Part shown: piece by piece, positions 18,385-22,154 of the stretch
Position numbering within the stretch: the stretch's first letter is position 1
Layout: the number at the start of each line of letters is the position of its first letter
Assembly (NCBI GenBank): GCA_030754595.1
Contig: JASLZZ010000072.1
Location: forward strand, 1-22,154
Source: Nitrospinota bacterium
GTDB lineage: Bacteria > UBA8248
Direction of reading: 5' to 3'
DNA: 22,154 nt
Made by a program: the position numbers and the translations under genes
The notes under the pieces: model-generated
What the model was told of the DNA's origin: nothing
The model's input: the letters and a program-made list of their open reading frames with translations, nothing else
Databases searched by the model: none

Positions 18385-20103
18385 CTACAACATGACGAGC
18401 GCTGCCGCCCCGGCGCAGATGAACTGAAAATCCACCGCGGCCTCGGTCAAGCCGCTGTGTCCGATGATTTGATGTTTATAAAGCCACACACCCAGAGCCG
18501 CGAAGGCCACCGGGATCAACATCGCCAGCCCGATTCCCGGAGCGATCCACTCGTTCGCGACACCGGAGACCAACATGACCGACATGGCCGAGCAAACAGT
18601 GTTCAGAAGAACCTCCGTCCTGCCCTTTCCGAAAACAATGGGTAGCGTCCGCTTGCCCACGATTCGATCCCCCTGGATATCGCGCAACTCGATGATCCCC
18701 GATCGAAGAAGCGTCATTCCGAAAGCGAAGATCAGGGCGATGGGCCAGGCGCTGCCAACGTTTTCAGGTTGGGCGAGCGCCGGAATCCCCGCGAGCGAAG
18801 TAGTCCATCCCACCGTGACGACAAGGGTCTTCGAGGCGGGAAAATCCATCACCCGCCCCATCTTGAGCGCCCGTGGCTCCATCCGAAGGCTATAGAATCC
18901 ACCCAGGGCAATTCCGGACAGCATTACCGCCGTCACCGATGGAGAGAGAGTCAAACTCAATCCCAGGGAAAGAAACCCCGCCACTCCGCTCGCCGCCAGG
19001 AGGGTTCCCCGGTGTTTGGCGTAGAACTGCGCGCGGTTGGGCTCGTTAAACCGGTCCGCCTCGAAACCCGTGCACCGGTTCATCGTGTGCATCGAGAACA
19101 GGTACAAAGCGGCCACGGACACCGAAGCCGCGCTGATGGAGAAATTTCCCAGCGCCGAGGTGGCGATGGCAGCCATCGAGGCAGTGACGAGCAGAAGCGC
19201 GTTAGAGCGGGAGAGGATCTTCAGGCCCTGCGCCAATTTGTCGGGGAGGCGTTCCTCCTCGTCGGGAATCGACTCCAGGCGGTTCACTACCCGGCGAATC
19301 ATCCAATCGGGTGTGGATGCACCCGCCGTAACGCCGACGTTCTTGAATTTTCGGACATAATCGGGGTCGATCTCGTCCTCGGTTTCGATCAAGAGGGCGG
19401 TCGTGCCCTTCTCCTTGGCCACCTCGGCGAGGCGGGTTGTGTTCCCGCTGTTTCGCCCTCCGACAATGATCATCAAATCGACGCCGGGGGCGATTCGCCG
19501 CACTTCCTCCTGGCGCACCTCGGTCGCATCGCAGATGGTGTTGAACATTTGCGCCTTCGGGTAGCGGGCCTCGATGGTTTTGATGACGTCGCCCCAATCG
19601 CCCATGTTGATCGTGGTCTGCGCCACGACGATCACATCATCGACCCCTTTGGGTATTTTTTCGAGATCCTCTGAACATGTCACGAGGGTATGACCCGCCT
19701 CGGCGTAGCCCATGTGCCCTTCCACCTCGGGGTGGCCCTTCTCGCCGATGATGACGGAGTGGGCGCCCAGGCGGGAGTGTTTGCGGATGATCCCGTGCAC
19801 CTTGGCCACGAGCGGGCAGGTGGCGTCCCGAATGGTCGAGCCCGAGGTGCGAAGCTTCTCCCGCACCTGGGGCGAAATGCCGTGGGCCCGGATGACGAGC
19901 AGGCCGTTGTCCCGGGGCGTACTCGCCGGGTCGTAGGCCGTGATGTTTTTCTGCTCGAGCAGATTGACGGTCTGGGGGTTGTGAATCAGGGGACCATGAG
20001 TGAACACAGGCGCATCCGTCTCGTTGGCCGTGTCGAGCACGATATCGATGGCGCGTTCGACCCCCCAGCAAAAACCCGCGGATTTAGCCAGTTTTACGCG
20101 CAA
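18385..20103 (-). CDS. ispH: 4-hydroxy-3-methylbut-2-enyl diphosphate reductase fused to a UbiA-like membrane domain
   Basis: AGFCWGV, IHN, IRAHG, DATCP, HPEV, AQTT, TICDAT, GGRNSGNT and GVTAGASTP, then about 290 hydrophobic residues with RDIQGDRIVGKRTLP. TTG 20103 gives better RBS spacing than 20112. Confidence 0.93.
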   Translation of the reverse strand: MRVKLAKSAGFCWGVERAIDIVLDTANETDAPVFTHGPLIHNPQTVNLLEQKNITAYDPASTPRDNGLLVIRAHGISPQVREKLRTSGSTIRDATCPLVAKVHGIIRKHSRLGAHSVIIGEKGHPEVEGHMGYAEAGHTLVTCSEDLEKIPKGVDDVIVVAQTTINMGDWGDVIKTIEARYPKAQMFNTICDATEVRQEEVRRIAPGVDLMIIVGGRNSGNTTRLAEVAKEKGTTALLIETEDEIDPDYVRKFKNVGVTAGASTPDWMIRRVVNRLESIPDEEERLPDKLAQGLKILSRSNALLLVTASMAAIATSALGNFSISAASVSVAALYLFSMHTMNRCTGFEADRFNEPNRAQFYAKHRGTLLAASGVAGFLSLGLSLTLSPSVTAVMLSGIALGGFYSLRMEPRALKMGRVMDFPASKTLVVTVGWTTSLAGIPALAQPENVGSAWPIALIFAFGMTLLRSGIIELRDIQGDRIVGKRTLPIVFGKGRTEVLLNTVCSAMSVMLVSGVANEWIAPGIGLAMLIPVAFAALGVWLYKHQIIGHSGLTEAAVDFQFICAGAAALVML

Positions 20104-20166
20104 TTTTTCCAAACTCCTGAAAACGGGCAGCCGGCGGCTTCCCGGCGTTTTCTCAATTTCGGAGCG

Positions 20167-20195
20167 AGTCTATCTTCTTAAAAAAGGGGGCGCAA
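20167..20195 (-). promoter_or_regulatory. putative sigma70 promoter of ispH
   Basis: TTGCGC-N17-TAGACT. Confidence 0.5.
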
Positions 20196-20220
20196 CGCGG
20201 TTTTTCGGAGGAAATTATCC

Positions 20221-20755
20221 CTAACCCCCGAGCGGAAACTTTTGGTCATAAAGGATATCGGCCGCCCCTCCGACGGCCAAGCCGAAAATCCGAAACCGCC
20301 CCTCATCCACGCTCAAGGCAGCCTCCGCATAGGACCGAGGCAAAGAAAAGCGCCTCTGCCCACAGCTCCCCGGGTTGCATAAAACCGTCCCGCCCTCGCG
20401 GCGGCAAAGGGGCTCGTGGGTGTGGCCGAAGACCACGAGATCGGCTTCCTCTCCCGAGAGAAGGTTCCCGGACCTCGCCCGACGGTCCCCCTCCCCTCCA
20501 GACGATGTGTTGCACCAATATGCGCCAGCCGCCGAGGCGAAGCCGGGCGCGCACCGGAGCGAGGTCGGCGCGGTCCACGTTCCCGCAAACCACCGTCACA
20601 GGCGCCATGCTTTCGAGTTCGGGAAGAATCCCGTCCCCTCCGACATCGCCCGCGTGGATGATGTGATCCGCCCCCTCGCAGGCCCTCGCCACTTCCCGGG
20701 GAAGCTGACCGTGGGTGTCGGAGAGGATCATCAGCCGAAACGAATCGGCGCTCAT
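20221..20755 (-). pseudogene. YfcE/MJ0936-family metallophosphoesterase, frameshifted
   Basis: SDTHG, HAGD, GNVD and VQH lie in one frame; LLSGEEADLVVFGHTH and NPGS lie in another. There is one extra base near 20463-20466. The start overlaps the upstream stop (ATGA). Confidence 0.8.
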
Positions 20756-21980
20756 CGGCTCCTCTCCCAGCCCGTCAGAGCGAGGACGCGCCCTCCCAAG
20801 CGAACCAAATCCGCCGCGCGCCGCGCCATGAACCACCACCTCATCGCCGGTCTGTAGTCGGGATAAATCTCCTCCATCACCTCCCCCCGGGGAAAGGAAG
20901 CCTCCCAGAGGAGGCGTATCTTTCCGGCGAAAGTCGGCTGCGAGGAGAGCCAGAGAAGATTTCCGATGGGAACGCGGCGCCACTCTTTTTTCTCGCCGGA
21001 AATCCGCTCCCCCTTCGCCGCCAGGGTGAGAAGATAGCTGTCCAGCGAAGTGAGACGGATCTCGGCCAATTGCGCGCGTACACCCGGAGGCAGGAGATCC
21101 CCCCTTTCTCCCAAATTTTCAATTCCGCCCAGGGCGCCCAGATTCCGGAAGGCAAACGCCACCGCGCGAAGGAGACCCCAGCGATCCGCCCGATCGAGCG
21201 CTGCCGCCCAATCGAAACTCTCCGTCTCGAGCAACAGGGCTTCAAGATCGACAAACCAGATGCAGGGCTCAAAACCGTGCTTCATCAGATGAGCGCACAT
21301 GATCAACAGATGATCCTCCGGGGCGGGCATCAAAAATGGTTCGCCGAGCACCAAAGGGCGGGCCCTCGCCCAGACCTCACCGTCGATTTCCGCGTACTCG
21401 CCCCCAGCCCCGAAATTCGGGCGGCAAGGCGCTCATCGCCCAGTACATTGTGGTGCAACTCGACGATGAACGAGCCGCGCTTCCATCTCGAATCGTCCCC
21501 GTGGCCGGAGGGCTTGTATCCCAGAGTGCGTAATTCCCGCTTTGCGGTCTCCCAGTCGAAATGGCCGGCCAACACCCAATCGGAGTCCTCGAAGTTTCGG
21601 AGCCCCGGGTTTTTGTATATCGATTGGTAAAGGGCGGTACCCTTGATAAGGAGGACACGGAAACCCGCCTTGATGAGCCCGGGAGAAAGGCGCCTGAGTT
21701 CCGCCTCCTTGACAGTGCTCGAAAGGGAAATCCATTTGTACTCAGCCCTAAGAATTTTCGGAGGATCGACTCCCGCCTCGCGCAGGTGGTGACAGAAAAG
21801 GCCCCCCGTTTCCCGGTAGAGCGTCTCCTCCGTCGCCTCGTGCCAGTTGGCCTCGCCGGCATCGCGGCAGGCGCGGGCCAGCGCATCGGTCTCACGCGGC
21901 GAAAGGCGATAGCGCCTAGACAGCGAGAGGAAAACCTCTCCGGGGGAGAGTTGATTTTAAAGGGTGTCCAACTGTTCAAC
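20752..21980 (-). pseudogene. uncharacterised nucleotidyltransferase family (NTP_transf_5-like), disrupted
   Basis: A long open frame carries LLIKGTALYQSIYKNPGLRNFEDSDW and VELHH. A 1-nt loss in G runs at about 21401-21411 shifts it into VWARARPL..PEDHLLIMCAHLMKH..WFVDL. There is an in-frame TAA at 21957-21959, and the 5' end abuts the IS3 end. Confidence 0.75.
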
Positions 21981-22154
21981 TGACCTCCCCCCAATAGTTG
22001 TACCACTAGCTACGAGAGTCCTGGAACCATGGACGAAGGGCGAAGCGGAGCGAAGCCCGGAGGCCATGGTTCTTTTGTTTCAGGAACTGGAGGCCGATAG
22101 CCTAGCGAGCTGTGCGGCCTGATTCTGTTGTAGATATGCCGCCAGCGCTCCACC
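21981..22154 (-). mobile_element. IS3-family insertion sequence (IS407-group-like), right end (partial)
   Basis: Terminal IR 5'-TGACCTCCCCCCAATAGTTGTACCAC starts at 21981, directly after the transposase stop. Confidence 0.85.
22010..22153 (-). CDS. IS3-family transposase, C-terminal fragment
   Basis: VERWRHIYNRIRPHSSLGYRPPVPE..*, the W..YN..RPHSSLGY..P signature of the IS3 integrase-core C-terminus. Confidence 0.88.
   Translation of the reverse strand: MERWRHIYNRIRPHSSLGYRPPVPETKEPWPPGFAPLRPSSMVPGLS

Noticed and set aside
21979..21990. GGAGG plus TTG as the native start of the nucleotidyltransferase
   Set aside because: The GGAGG lies inside the IS3 inverted repeat, and TTG 21979 is out of frame with the conserved motifs.

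Overview
GC-rich bacterial window bounded by two partial insertion sequences that the ORF track misses: the 5' end of an IS5-family element at the left edge and the 3' end of an IS3-family element at the right edge. It may therefore be a whole contig broken at IS repeats (inference). Intact genes are a D-2-hydroxyacid dehydrogenase, a PIG-L deacetylase, an aldehyde:ferredoxin oxidoreductase, a tandem-domain hypothetical protein, an acyl-CoA dehydrogenase, a SAM methyltransferase, a thioredoxin-like [2Fe-2S] ferredoxin, lutA plus a lutB-lutC fusion, a glnB-glnD-glnA cluster, a PxxKW-type Cys-rich protein and an IspH-UbiA-like fusion. The best hidden signal is that two small minus-strand ORFs (1662..1910 and 1332..1598) read as one AhpD/CMD-family selenoprotein. 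It has a CxxU motif, a SECIS-like hairpin after the UGA, and Gln/Asn at the positions of the usual Glu/His proton relay. Three genes look decayed: an orphan flgE (amber stop, apparent internal deletion, degenerate sigma54 promoter), and a nucleotidyltransferase plus metallophosphoesterase pair directly downstream of the IS3 end. All calls come from manual reading and recalled family motifs; no searches were run.
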